Positions 50,858 to 64,000 of a stretch of DNA of 64,000 nt are shown here, piece by piece. Each line of letters starts with the position of its first letter. The first letter of the stretch is position 1. Position numbers and translations under genes: made by a program. The stretch is from Octopus sinensis. Taxonomy: Eukaryota. A model generated the notes under the pieces. That model made no database searches. It was given only the letters and a program-made list of their open reading frames with translations, and had not been told where the DNA came from. The stretch covers positions 63,488,001 to 63,552,000 of the forward strand of contig NC_043000.1 in the NCBI RefSeq assembly GCF_006345805.1. Direction: 5' to 3'.

Positions 50858-50948
50858 AAATGTTCACTATAAAATTATTTTAGCATTTTCTATTTTTGAC
50901 TTGTTTTTTCATATATATCAACTCGTGTGTTCCTTTTCACCCTTATAC

Positions 50949-51039
<91 letters not shown>

Positions 51040-51309
51040 GAAAAATACAACTGGGACAAGAACGCAAACACTTAGAAGACGATACAAAAAACACGGACGG
51101 GACATTCGAAGCCCTCAATCTTCAGTCAAGAACCGGATCATCGTAGCAATTTCGGCTGATTAATCTTGAGATTGCTCCGATCCGGCCAGCCCCCAGGAAA
51201 AACTAAGCTACGAGCATTAGATTTCTTGGAAGAAGGATCGAATGTATACGAAATAGGGACAGAAAAACGGACGATGCCACACGAATATGAAATACAAAAA
51301 ACAATAATG

Positions 51310-51387
<78 letters not shown>

Positions 51388-51434
51388 GGAACAAGAAGCA
51401 AGTGTATTAATTTGACACTCAAAAAATGAAAAAG

Positions 51435-51474
51435 TCTTTTACGTTTCGAGCCTACGCTCTTCGACAGAAAGGAA
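51435..51474 (-). ncRNA. hammerhead-like motif with atypical core
   Basis: UCCUUU-CUGUCGA-A-GAGC[GUAG]GCUC-GAAA[CG]UA/AAAAGA; A6 changed to U plus one extra A. Confidence 0.4.
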
Positions 51475-51540
51475 TAAGAGGAAATAACTAGAGAGAGAAT
51501 GAAAAAAAATGCGTGTTGAGTTCAGTGGTCCAACATGGCG

Positions 51541-51571
<31 letters not shown>

Positions 51572-52265
51572 AGAAAGCAAAAAAATGGAAAACGTAACAG
51601 GCGACAACAATACATCCAGACAGTTAGACGATACAAAAAAAAAACTACGGAAAAACTGGACGGGTCATTCGGAGCTTCCTATCCTCAGTCAAGTACCAGA
51701 TTATCTTTGCAGTTTCGGCTGGTTACACTCGAGACTGCTCCAAAAATCTAAGCTAAGGGCATTAGATTCCTTAGAAGAAAGCAAGCGAATGTAATCGAAA
51801 ACAAGTTTAAAAAACGGAAAAATGGTACACAATTACAAATACAAACAACAGGGCATTAACAACAGTTGTCTTTCGACTAGCGACGAATTAAATTAAGCTG
51901 GCATGTGTGGACGTGACGCCTTACGGCAGGGACATAAGAGATGAAAGTCATGGAAGGAAGATAAGAGATGCTACATGGATGGTAATCGAGCCAAGAAAGA
52001 AAGGTCAGGCTTGGCGGAACACCGGTCACGTGGAAGGAGAGGGGAGAGGTAGGGGCAGAGGGATTGAAGAATTAGGAAAGGACGAGAAAGAGAGAAAAAG
52101 AAAGAAAAAGTAATGAAAGGAGGGTAAGTGAGAATGAAGGGAAGGCCAAGAAATGTGAGAGAGGGGGAACGAGAAAAAGAAAAGCAGAAAGAACGAAGTG
52201 TGAAGGGGCTGAAAGAAAGAGTAAGAGAGTGGTACAGAATTTATATATTATATATATAATATATA

Positions 52266-52341
<76 letters not shown>

Positions 52342-52776
52342 TGTGTGTGTGTACTTACATACAGGAGATCAAAAGTGTACGTACACCGCTATATGTATAT
52401 AAAAAAGAAAACAAAAAATGGAAGAACGTAACAGGCGACAACAAAACATATATGTATGTATACGTATGTATGTATGCATATATGTATGTGTGTATGTATG
52501 TACATGTATGTTTGTATGTACGTACGTATGTATGTATGTATGTATGTATGTATGTATGTATGTATGTATGTATGTATGTATGTATGTATGTATGTATGTA
52601 TGTATGTATGTATATACGTTTGTATGTACATGTATGCATGTCATTATTCAGTTTTATTTCAAAATTTCATGCCAATAGATCTAAGGCTCCTTCACTGGAA
52701 TTTAAACATCGCTAACGGTATTTTGGTATATTTGTATGTCTACGTGCAGATTGGTATGTTTGTATTCTCATGCATA

Positions 52777-54411
52777 CCGTGAAATCCTTGAGTATAGTCC
52801 GCCCTTGACTATAATACGTAGGGGATTTTTAGGGGGCTGTACCTCTGAAAAACTTAAACCTTGTGTATAATACGCAGTCCTTCTCTAGCTTGAGTCAAAG
52901 AGGTCTATATAACGTCCTTGGTTTGTAAAAATGTATACGGTAACGTCCTTTATTATTATTGCATATATAACATAATGCAAACGTGTAGCTTTTTGTGCAT
53001 TTTGCTTGCAGAAAATAAAGAAATGACAGTAATAACGTAAGTGAAAAATAAATATTAAGTAAATTGCCTTTACATATTTATCACTATCAGTTACAAAAGC
53101 TAAAGCAAAAGCATTTATTCAAATTCAACGTCACTTTCAGCATCAAATAACTTTCATTTGTTCCTCCGTAAACATGTCAGCGTCATTATAATGTAAATCT
53201 CCATCATCGTCAGATTCATAGACAACATCAGAAGATTCAATTTCATTTATTTAATCTTTCCATACAACGTCATCCTCAGTACCATCCAGTGCAGACGATA
53301 TACAACATTTCATAAAACCTTTCACAATAATCTGGGAATTAAGTTCATTCCATGCATACACGATCCATTTGCATATCAAATTCAAGTCGGGAGCGCGAAC
53401 TCTTCCACCTTTAGTGAACGACTTTATGCCTTGATGGCACGTGATGCTTTAAAGAACGACTTTATGCCACGAGATGCTTTAAATTCTGACTCATTAAGTT
53501 TTATCTTTTTAGCAATGAGTTTTGCCTGTAGCCTCAAATGTACTGTATTAATGGCTATTCTACAAAGTCTTCTTTCCTCTACCCATTCAAGCAAAATTTT
53601 TTCAAGCTCAGGATGTTTGGCTTTCCCCCGCTTCTTGGCTTCTTTATCTTTAGCATCTGTTTAATTTCATCGTTATTTCTTCTCCATAACCTGACATTGC
53701 TTTCGTCAACATCAAATTTTCTTTCGGCGGCCCTATTACCATGCTCTTCAGCATATGATATAACTTCAAGTTTAAACACAGCTGAATAAGATCTACGAGG
53801 CATTTTATGGGCATGTAATGTATAAAATGTTTTATTGGAGATTAATATAGATGTTTAAGTCCCGCCTATAAAAAAAAACCCTAGTAAAGACCCACAGTAG
53901 TTCAAACATTTAATACTGGTATTTAATTAAGTATCCACGATAATGATGCAAACTGCCAATACAAACAGCAGGATGAACTATTTAGCGCTAAACTATTAAG
54001 CACAATTCGTACGTAATTAAGCCAGCAGCACCTAGTCGAACAAACACTTCTGCGCATGCGTAATACAATAATGGTGATGTTCTTAACTGTTATATGAGAA
54101 TGTAAATATGTTTGCAAATTGTTTTTGTTACATGTTATTCTGTGTTCTGAATACTTTTATTTTAATAAATGTTGCTTACTGCAAGTTATGGATGATCTTT
54201 TATGACTTCATTGCTTTCAGGCTTAGCTTAAGGTATTTTCGCACCCGACATCACGAAATGCGTCTGAATAAACGTTGCCGGGCAGCAAATAGAGACTCGG
54301 ACATTGCTTAGAAAATATTTATCATTTTTAGCCTTGTATATAGTACGCATATAGGGATTTTGACCTTTAAATTTTTTGAAAAAAATGCGGATTATACTCG
54401 AGGATCTACGG
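52777..54411 (-). mobile_element. pogo/Tigger-like DNA transposon, internally deleted
   Basis: Imperfect TIRs CCGTGAAATCCTTGAGTATAGTCCGC and CCGTAGATCCTCGAGTATAATCCGC with TA flanks. ORF from 53803: MPRRSYSAVFKLEVISYAEEHGNRAAERKFDVDESNVRLWR. The C-terminal CKWIVYAWNELNSQIIVKGFMKCCISSALDGTEDD follows with the DDE core missing. Confidence 0.9.
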
Positions 54412-54595
54412 TATACTAGCATATCTAGACATGCTCATATATACTTAAAGGATAAACTTCTGGGAAGTTTACAGATTTTTACAGTTCCAGTGATGGCTTC
54501 GATCATGCATGTATGTGTGTGTGTATGTGCACATACACACGAACAATCACACGCATATGTGTGTGTATATATATATAGGTGTGTGTGTGTGTATG

Positions 54596-54657
<62 letters not shown>

Positions 54658-54666
54658 TATATATAT

Positions 54667-55898
54667 ATAAAATATTATTAGAGACAAAACCACTATTTTG
54701 CAAAACAAACAAGGAAAGACTTAATCAATACATAAAATTTTAATAAATAGTCAAAACAACCGCCACTACAATTGTTTCTTGTCTTGATCGACAGAAATAA
54801 AATCTTTAACATTATTAACAAGTTTCAAGATAAATTCCTTTCTAGAAGGAATAGGAATATCTTTCAAAGATGAATCCCAAAACAGCGGTTCTATCTTACC
54901 TGTAAAATCCATAATTTACGAAATTGAGGTATTACACTCAATATACAAAATTATCAATATTATATAAATAATAAATAATAAATATTAGGGAATAAATCCA
55001 AATTTACAGGGAAAAAATCAGATTTAGGATTAAATCCAATTTTATAGTAAAATATTATAAAATATTATTAGAGACAAAACCACTATTTTGCAAAACAACA
55101 AGAAAGACTTAATCAATACAATAAAATTTTAATAAATAGTCAAAAAAACCGCCACTACAATGTTTCTTGTCTTGATCGACAGAAATAAAATCTTAACATT
55201 ATTAACAAGTTTCAAGTAAATTCCTTTCTAGAAGGAATCGGAATATCTTTCAAAGATGAATCCCAAAACAGCGGTTCTATCTTACCTGTAAAATCCATAA
55301 AAATCTTGTCGATCAAGACAAGAAACAATTGTAGTGGCGGTTTTTTTGACTATTTATTAAAATTTTATGTATTGATTAAGTCTTTCCTTGTTTGTTTTGC
55401 AAAATTGTGGTTTTGTCTCTAATAATATTTTATAATATTTTACTATAAAATTGGATTTAATCCTAAATCTGATTTTTTCCCTGTAAATTTGGATTTATTC
55501 CCTAATATTTATTATTTATATAATATTGATAATTTTGCATATTGAGTGTAATACCTCAATTTCGTAAATTATGGATTTTACAGGTAAGATAGAACCGCTG
55601 TTTTGGGATTCCTCTTTGAAAGATATTCCTATTCCTTCTAGAAAGGAATTTATCTTGAAACTTGTTAATAATGTTAAAGATTTTATTTCTGTCGATCAAG
55701 ACAAGAAACAATTGTAGTGGCGGTTTTTTTGACTATTTATTAAAATTTTATGTATTGATTAAGTCTTTCCTTGTTTGTTTTGCAAAATAGTGGTTTTGTC
55801 TCTAATAATATTTTATAATATTTTACTATAAAATTGGATTTAATCCTAAATCTGATTTTTTCCCTGTAAATTTGGACTTATTCCCTAATATTTATTAT

Positions 55899-55901
<3 letters not shown>
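54667..55901. mobile_element. PLE-derived array in (TA)n: ~1.6 units one way (54667-55300) plus ~1.55 units inverted (55307-55901); unit 383-390 bp
   Basis: GAGACAAAAC at 54681 and 55071; TTTTGTCTCT at 55411 and 55794; (TA)n on both sides. Confidence 0.92.
55571..55717 (+). pseudogene. 48-codon ORF resembling the N-terminus of a Naiad-type PLE ORF, fused to half a hammerhead
   Basis: MDFTGKIEPLFWDSSLKDIPIPSRKEFILKLVNNVKDFISVDQDKKQL*. SLKDIPIPSRKEFILKL resembles the SLKNIPxPSxxxYxxKL start I recall for Naiad ORFs. A second copy lies at 54766-54912 (-). Confidence 0.6.
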
Positions 55902-55956
<55 letters not shown>

Positions 55957-55967
55957 ATGTATGTATA

Positions 55968-56013
<46 letters not shown>

Positions 56014-56710
56014 GTTTCACTATGATTGCGTGACTCGCAGAAGTTAGCCGTTTGTATGAAGCTAAACCAAGCAAACCTTTCTTTTATACAGTCGCAGCTG
56101 TAGATCTCACAAGTTCCAATAATACCTAATTAAACGGTGTCTCACGCACTGCCCGCATAAAACGTATAACTTGATATTTTTGAAACATTAAATGTGAGCT
56201 CTCGCATATGTGTTGTGTGTGCATCTTTTACACACACACACACACACACGTTTTGTAATACTGTGGGTGGTGTTTCCATTGCATCTTATATTGCTGTGCA
56301 AGATTGTTGATGAGGTGTAGAGATGTTGTTGTTGTTGTGGTGGTGGTGGTGGTGGTGGTGGTAGTGGTAGTGTTCTTGTTGTTGTTTTCGTTGTTGTTGC
56401 TGTTCGGATTCTATTCAACCCTGATTCAGAAATCTAAAAATCAAAGGTTTTCCAATCGTAACGATCTCACTATTTTAGTGTTTACCATTTTATTTTATTC
56501 TCAGTCATTTAATTGCAGCCACGCTGGGGTGTGAGGTGGAAGAGATCGATCTAAAATTTATCTTAAAGTCTGCTATTTATCTTATTTGACGAACTGTAAA
56601 GTTAGACATCGTTTTTTAAGTGGTATCACTGTATAAACACAAACATCAGATGGATACATATACATACACACTTACACACACTTATATATGCATATATATG
56701 TGTGTGTATG

Positions 56711-56749
<39 letters not shown>

Positions 56750-57369
56750 TATATATATGTATATATATGCATAATATATATGCATGCCATTCATACAGAT
56801 GCACACAAACACACATATGCTACACAGTGAAACTCGAATCTAAGCGGTGAGTAATTTGATAGAGATTCATTTGTTATTTGTTGCAGGTCATGCCACAAGT
56901 AGACATTCCCTCGATCCACTATGAATATAGTTGGGAAATAAATAATTTCTGCTAAATTTGTTCCATTTACGAGGAATTTAGGAATTCGAGGAAATATATG
57001 AACAACGACTGCCTCTGGAACAATAAATTTTAAAAATACAATAGTTCACTGAATGTCGGATAACTTTTTGCTTTTTTTTCTGGAGAGTAAGATCCTGAAA
57101 CATTGGAATATTTGCTCCTTAGGACAATGTAATTTATTTAAAACTATCTATCAATGCTCGAGTCCCCTTCTAGTTAATGTACATTATATGTCAGTGAATT
57201 TTTCAGTGGTGTGTAAATCACTAACCCTACATACGTGAATCAGATAATATTGAGTATGTTTAATGCGCCTCAATAGCGTTAATAATGTTTCTAATTTGGG
57301 CACAAAATCAGCAATTGCGAGTTTAAGCGCAGGTATGACAGTGTAGGTAAAAGGGTAACATAATGTGTG

Positions 57370-57790
57370 GCTTCCAAGTAACAAGAAAAGTGGTATGTGG
57401 CATGAGCACGAAACAGAGGCTGTTATAGGGAATCAGAATTACAGAATTTTAGGGGGCTTCTCGATAAAGATTGACCATACTATTGAAGCAAATCAACCAG
57501 AAATGTTTATAGAGGACAAAAGAGACAAACAGTATAGAAGCATATACAATTACATATAACAAAGCAGATACCAAAGAAGCTGAAAAAATTTAAAATATCA
57601 GGACCTAACCAGAAAAACGAAGAGATGGTGCAAGATTGAGATGATAATTATTCCTGTGGTAATTGGTGCACTTGACACAGCATCCAAACTATTACCCAAA
57701 ACACTGATGGATCTTGGAATTGCGATTCACATTGTCGACCTGCCGAGAAGTGCAATCCTGTATTCTGCAAGAACCCTAATGTTGAGGAGA
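57370..57790 (+). pseudogene. R4/Dong-like REL-endonuclease remnant
   Basis: WHEHETEAVIGNQNYRILGGFSIKIDHTIEANQPEM; IIIPVVIGALD...LG...LPRSAILYSARTL. Confidence 0.7.
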
Positions 57791-59092
57791 CTTGTCAATA
57801 AGCCTCAAGACAACACCCCTGTTACATAAGATAGCATGTAATAGTTATAATAATAACAATGATGATGATGATCATCATCATCATGATCATTATCCACAAG
57901 TGTTCGAAGGAAAACATTAACATTAAACAGGAGGCTTACAAGTATATGAGGGGTGGACAGAGAAGACATGCAAAGCCGAAGAATAAGCCGGAAAATGTTA
58001 TACAGTATATGACTGGACGAATTTAAAAGTTATATAATAAAAGATTTACACGGAAATAAGGGATCGTAAGGTATTACAAGTCCATACTCCCCTTTCCCGT
58101 TTACATATCATACATCTCTTACCACCTCGCATCTATTTCCCCTCACAACCTTGAAACTACTAGTTTCAGAGGCTAAGCTTCCTCTCCAGTCTCTTGGAAA
58201 CTTTCTGACAAGGTTCTGTTATTTTTTGTGTATTGTTTTTTCTTTCCTTGTAACAGTTTATCACTCCTTAGCTCCTATCGTCCCCTGTCTTTGCAAGTAA
58301 ATGGGATGTTGCTGGTAGGAGTAGATCCGGTTTTGCCCACTTCTGAGGCCAAGAACGGATCAAGTTTTCGGTAATTTGCGGATTTTCAGCCGATGTACTG
58401 TTGAAAAGCAGTCTATGTAACTTTTTTTCTGCGGTCAACTTTTTCCCTCTCAAATTTTGAGGGTGAAAAGTGGTAATTTTGTTGCCACAAGTATAGCACC
58501 TGGAATTTCAGACGTTTATTGCGGGTCCTGTCGTATTTATCACTTCGTCTTCAACAGGGTCCAGTTTTGGAATGGCACTATGATTATGACTAGTCGTAAG
58601 AGCTTACAAGTTCATGCTGCACCTCTAGTTCAGGTGTCGTTTCTTGCCACCTTTGCGCTTACCTGTCAACTACACATCATTACAAAAGTCACAACCAGCC
58701 AATAGTCAATGTGTTCTGCAAATGGCCCTGACGGTTATGTTTTGTGTTTCGTTGGCTCATGGCCTATCTCTGCTTGAAGTTGCACTTCACCTTCGGTTTC
58801 GAAGGCCAGGCAGATGGTCCGTTATCTTTGCTCCGCTCGATGAATAAAATGCTGGTCCATACATCGAACTGGACTTTCTTTAATTGGTCTCTTAATGGAA
58901 TAAAGAAAGTCCAACTCCTTTGAGAAGAAAACACGTCAACTTTTCCCTTGCATTTTCTTCAAGCAGTTCTGGCAAAGATGCAAATTTTGTCACAACCACT
59001 TCGACTGAAACCTGTCTATTTTCAGAATCTCACACTTTAAGACAGTTATTACAAAGATACAGTAACTTCCAACTGTGAAACTCATGCTTGAC

Positions 59093-59123
<31 letters not shown>

Positions 59124-62100
59124 TGTATGTATGTATGTATGTATGTATGTATGTATGTATGTATGTATGTATGTATGTCACCGTTGTTGTTGTTGTTGTT
59201 GTTGTTTACCGCTGCCAACCATATTACCAAATCCATCTAAAGGCAATAATTATTTTTAGGTGTTTACTTCTTTCAAATCACGTGCTGCAATACAAGTTTG
59301 TTCAAACATTTTCTATTTTGTTTGTTGCCCCTGGAAATGTCAGGAAAACCTTTACTACACAAGATTTTAATAAACATGTTTATTTGCGAATAGACCTCTA
59401 ATTAGCTAAATTTTTACATCAAAATTTTGACTAATATAGTTTACTTTATTCCATACGCAGCCATTGAGCGAGAAATGATAAATCTCTTGCTGAGTGGGTA
59501 TGTATTGATTAAAGTAACTTTTTATCATTCGCCAATGACAGATTTTACATCATAAAGCTTCAATATAGTTTTTAAAAATATAACGGGGACTTAATTGAAA
59601 ACAACTTGAGGGAGATGATCAGAAATTCTTAATCACTAAATGTCCTACAGATTATTTGCGTCAAGAATAAGTAGCCGAAGTAGTGGAATTTGTAAAGAAG
59701 TCGGTAGTTTTTACCATCAAGTGACCAGGAAACAATTAAGATGTATGAGAAAGATTGATAGATCCCTTAGATTCAAGTCACTCAAGTAAATTAGTCTACA
59801 TTTATTTTAAGAATAATGACAAACGTTCGAGGAGAATGTTGTCGGTGCGTGTCGACATTTTTATGCTTGATGTTGTTGATACCTTTTTAAAAATTTATTT
59901 TAGTTTTGTTAGTAAAATTAACTGCTATGAATAGGAAAATACGAGAAAGATAAAAAAAGAAAATAAAACATTTAACTACAAGAATATAAAACGAAACGAA
60001 GTTATTCAGTTTCCACACAGCACTCAAGATTTGTGTGCTGATTACAAAATATATTTATAGAGAACGAACAGATTACATGTATATGAGTGTATGCTTTCTT
60101 TTACCATTATTAAATATTTTTTCAGGAAGAGTCAACGAGCGCGTTGCTACCTGGTCTCTAGATATGCTAGAAACAGCAGCAAAATCGCCTTCAAATAACA
60201 CCCATCAGTCTCTAAAATGAATAATATTCCGCGGGAATGCTATTGATTATAAATCTGGTCATTCAGAGCCAGGGGTATTCATACACAAAATGTATATATT
60301 AACAAAATGGTTAATAAATAAATATGCAAAAGCAGACATACACATATATGTGTAATATCTATTTATTCACATTTTTGTATGATATTAGGTTCTTATAGCT
60401 GTCTACTCCTAAGTCAGCTTTTACCGAGCACACTTATGATCAAAGGCATTGTGGTCATAACGATGCTATCTTTTATCTATGCGCAGGAAACCAAAGACCC
60501 CATTATCTAAGGTGCTCTTTAAAGGAAGAAGAAAAAACAGGCAGGTGCTGTTTGATGGAAATTTAGTTGCTATTTCTAGCGGGTCGAGCTACCACATAGA
60601 GGCTTCCACTTTGGCTCGATGTCCATGGGTGTATAGATATAGTATTTGTTTGTGTGTGTGTGTGCACGCGTGTATGTGTTTGTGTGCATGCGAGCGTGCG
60701 ATTGTGCGTGTGTGTTGCGTGTGTATTGTGTGTGTCTGTGTGCGCGCGCGAATTTGTTGATATTTATATATATATATATATATGAAAACATTAATTTCTC
60801 AATTCATGTGGCTCTGAGTTATAAGTCAGTTTATTGTATATTGCATTTATTTCATAATAGCAAAATAGAAAACCTTCTTTTCCATTCCTCCCCACCGGTC
60901 TTTCTGTTAAATAACCGAGAATTTCTTAAGATTATCTCGCACACCTGGGCAATTCATAGCGGAAATCTGCACTCCATTTCAAGAATGAAAGGAATAGCCG
61001 TTTCTCCTCCCCCCTCCCCCACTCTCTCTCCCTTTCTCTATTTCCTTCCAACGTTCCCACCCTTCTTTCCTTCCTACTATTCTATCTGTGCTATCTTTGT
61101 CTGCATATTGTGATATAATATCTCACGAATCGTGTCAGCGAGAACATGTCTGCTAGACAGAAGTAGTAGCCAAATTACCCTCGAGCCACACATTACATAG
61201 GGTAATATAATCCTAGGTACATTTTCTGCAAATAAAATCAAATGACCTTGGCTGGGACGTTTTCTTTTTTTTTTTTTTATCATTGGTTTGCTTTATCAGA
61301 ACTGACATGGTGATTAACAGTGGCCATAGCCTACAGATATATAATTGCTTCACTTCTTGGTTCTTGTTACTTTTTGTTCTAGATCTGTCATAACAGAGCA
61401 GACAAATCAATGATCGATATCGTTCCAACCATGACCATCCTGTATTTTATCCAGAGTATGGAGGACTATATTAACCAGTATATTTTAAAAACAGGAAGAT
61501 GTGATTTTTAGGAGATTTGGTTACTATTTCTTGCAGAATAATCATGCAGTGCAGGGTGCGAAACCCATTTAAAATGGCAAACCAAATACAGTGCGAACAT
61601 ACCGTATACAGTCGGGCTGGGCGAAATAAGTGCGGTATGAGTAATTTGTGAATACGTAAGGGAATAAGAGAAAAATGTATGTGAATATATTCTACTCACG
61701 TGTTTCCGTGACGCTCTTAAAATAAGCAAGCAAACGAATTAACAAAAAATGAGTTTATCTACCTTAATTAATCAGCCATACATTCTGAACTATTATTCCT
61801 TGATACTTGGTACCCCTTTTTAGGGTACAGGGCATCAACCTTTGATGTCAAAGACTGAGGTGCAGTCACATTCAATATTGTATTCGAGTGTTTATCAGTA
61901 AGCTGAGACCAAAGTTAAGACTTATTTATGACAGTCACAGAAAATAATTGTTCTTAGGTATATGTATTTCTGCTTCATCTGCCGATTGTAGAGAGGTAAC
62001 GCGCCTTCAGCCATTTGAGTCTTACAAGTCACCTATACTGCTAAGCATTTTAGGGATGTGAAACCAATGGCCACTTTATGAGAGGCCATAACATTTAACT

Positions 62101-62135
62101 TCCTAATGTGTGTATATGTGTTATACGTGTATAAC

Positions 62136-62202
<67 letters not shown>

Positions 62203-62249
62203 TAGAAATATGTTACAAAAAGAAAATATAAAATACGTGGAAATGTAAG

Positions 62250-62432
62250 GGTAAAATATGAAAAATCAACGAAAATGCACATTGCAAATAAAAAAGATGC
62301 TTTTTATGACAGGTAACGACAAATATATATATAGCAGGTAACGACAGGTAATGTATATATTTGTCGTTACCTGTCATAAATAACCTTTTTTTATTTGCAA
62401 TGTGCATTTTCGTTGATTTTTCATATTTTACC
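62250..62432. repeat. fold-back inverted repeat (~80-bp arms) between (TA)n tracts
   Basis: GGTAAAATATGAAAAATCAACGAAAATGCACATTGCAAATAAAAAAG...GACAGGTAACGACAAATATATA and its reverse complement. Confidence 0.9.
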
Positions 62433-63167
62433 TCTGTGTATATATATATATATATTCATATATATGTATATTATGTATATTCAGACACATATATATTGTA
62501 TTCATATATATACACATATAATCATACATGAGCGGTAGAATAAGTATCAGGCATTAAAAGATAGGTCCTGGGGATTAATTTCTTCGACTAAATCCCTTCT
62601 AGGCAGTACCCCAGCTTGGCCACTGTCTAATAAGTGAAACAAGTAAATGGTAAAAAGGTAAATTGGCGCTTACTCAGGGATCGCTTTATATTCGAGATCG
62701 CATCGTGCTTGAGTAAATACGGTAGAAGCATAATTCTACGTTCCGAGTTCAAATCTTGCCTGTAACAATTTTGACCTACACCCGAGCTCGGTAAATAAAT
62801 AAATAAATAATAAAAGAGAGCCAAAGAAATACTGGACAGATAGAATTTAATGAATATTTACAAAGGATTTGAAATAACGTGGGAAGAGGGTAGAATTATT
62901 ACAGCCGACTGATGAATAGTGTGGGGAAAAAGAACCAAATATAATCTATAAATCTCGTAATTCTTTATGTTACGTGACATACTTCATTCGCCAATCTAAA
63001 TCTTTTTAGAACCCTTTCCTACACATAAATAATCATTACTGATTCATAACAAATATTGATTTCAACATAGAAATGGTGCTTGAAAATTTGGTAAAGGAAG
63101 GTATGGGATGCATTCACACGCATATCTTATACACATGTAAAAACACAGACAGACAGACACAGACACA

Positions 63168-63222
<55 letters not shown>

Positions 63223-63332
63223 AAACACATACGTCTGTTCATAAATGCATATGCACGTTTGAGTGTGGGCGTAATTATATGCAATACATATATATACATA
63301 ATCAAAATGAGCAACAAGGATATCCAAGGTAG

Positions 63333-63420
63333 TGTAGTACAATTGTTTCGTGCTACTTCATTTTATTAAATGCTGTAAGTATTGCATCAGTTTTAAAATG
63401 TCGAGCAATCTTCAGCCACA
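63333..63420 (-). ncRNA. type I hammerhead-like motif with long stem II loop, inside inverted repeat 63298-63538
   Basis: UGUGG-CUGAAGA-UUGCU[49 nt]AGCAC-GAAAC[AAUU]GUA/CUACA; U.C mismatch at the base of stem II. Confidence 0.55.
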
Positions 63421-63631
63421 TATAGAATTTTTTAATTAAACGGACAATGCTCGACATTTTAAAACTGATGTAATACTTACAGTGTTTAATAAAATGAAGT
63501 ACACTACCTTGGATATCCTTGTTGCTTATTTTGATTATAATCACCCCATTTGATTTATATGGATTATACCATACAAAATTCTGGTGCCTTTAACTTAAGT
63601 ACCATATTCATCTGAATCTAAATTTTGCTGA

Positions 63632-63670
<39 letters not shown>

Positions 63671-64000
63671 TTACACACACACGCACACTCAAACACACAT
63701 ACATATGCATATATATCAAGTGTCTTCTACTATAGCCTCGGACCGACCAATACCTAGTGAGCGGATTTGGTAGATGGAAACTGAAAGACGCCGATACATA
63801 TATATATATACACAGACATGCAGGAAGTAAATAGACACTTTTACTTTTCAAAATCTTTTATTTAATACGCAAAGTGAACAATTGAAATGTAATGGATAGG
63901 TAGGACATACTTTAGTATTTAGCTGACATTCCCTTTGCAGATTTTAATACAGAAACTCTTTTTGGCATTGAACTGATGAGCTTTATGATTGTCTCTTGTG

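Noticed and set aside
58430-59040. piggyBac- or Tc1-like remnant on the minus strand
   Set aside because: Only a RCYTCG fragment is suggestive; no TIR, TSD or catalytic motif was found.

Overview
AT-rich eukaryotic non-coding DNA dense in microsatellites and SINEs. The repeat families and composition look like a cephalopod (octopus-type) genome; that is an inference, as no search was run. I found no confidently identifiable host gene, only weak candidate exons and regulatory motifs. The window is mostly decayed mobile elements: a split hAT transposase, an RTE LINE, a D,D34D mariner, a D,D37D (maT) element, a pogo-like element, R4/Dong-like LINE pieces, Helentron/HINE-like elements, tRNA-derived SINEs and a Naiad-type Penelope-like element (PLE) remnant (RT + GIY-YIG, 17.2-18.9 kb). 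The main unexplained signal is a set of sequence-unrelated, non-coding inserts, mostly inside (TA)n tracts. They are built as an inverted arm plus, in four cases, a head-to-tail tandem arm (units about 390-550 bp), and most carry a type I hammerhead ribozyme (HHR) fold found by eye. In the 47.9-49.7 kb array the inversion junction lies 1 nt from the predicted self-cleavage site. The 54.7-55.9 kb unit keeps what looks like the first ~40 codons of a Naiad PLE ORF fused to half a hammerhead. One family has a compensatory U3-A8 catalytic core in all three copies. Together these suggest microsatellite-targeted, PLE-mobilised, ribozyme-bearing mini-retroelements (retrozyme-like, possibly circular RNAs). 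Folding was manual, and activity, expression and assembly accuracy are untested.
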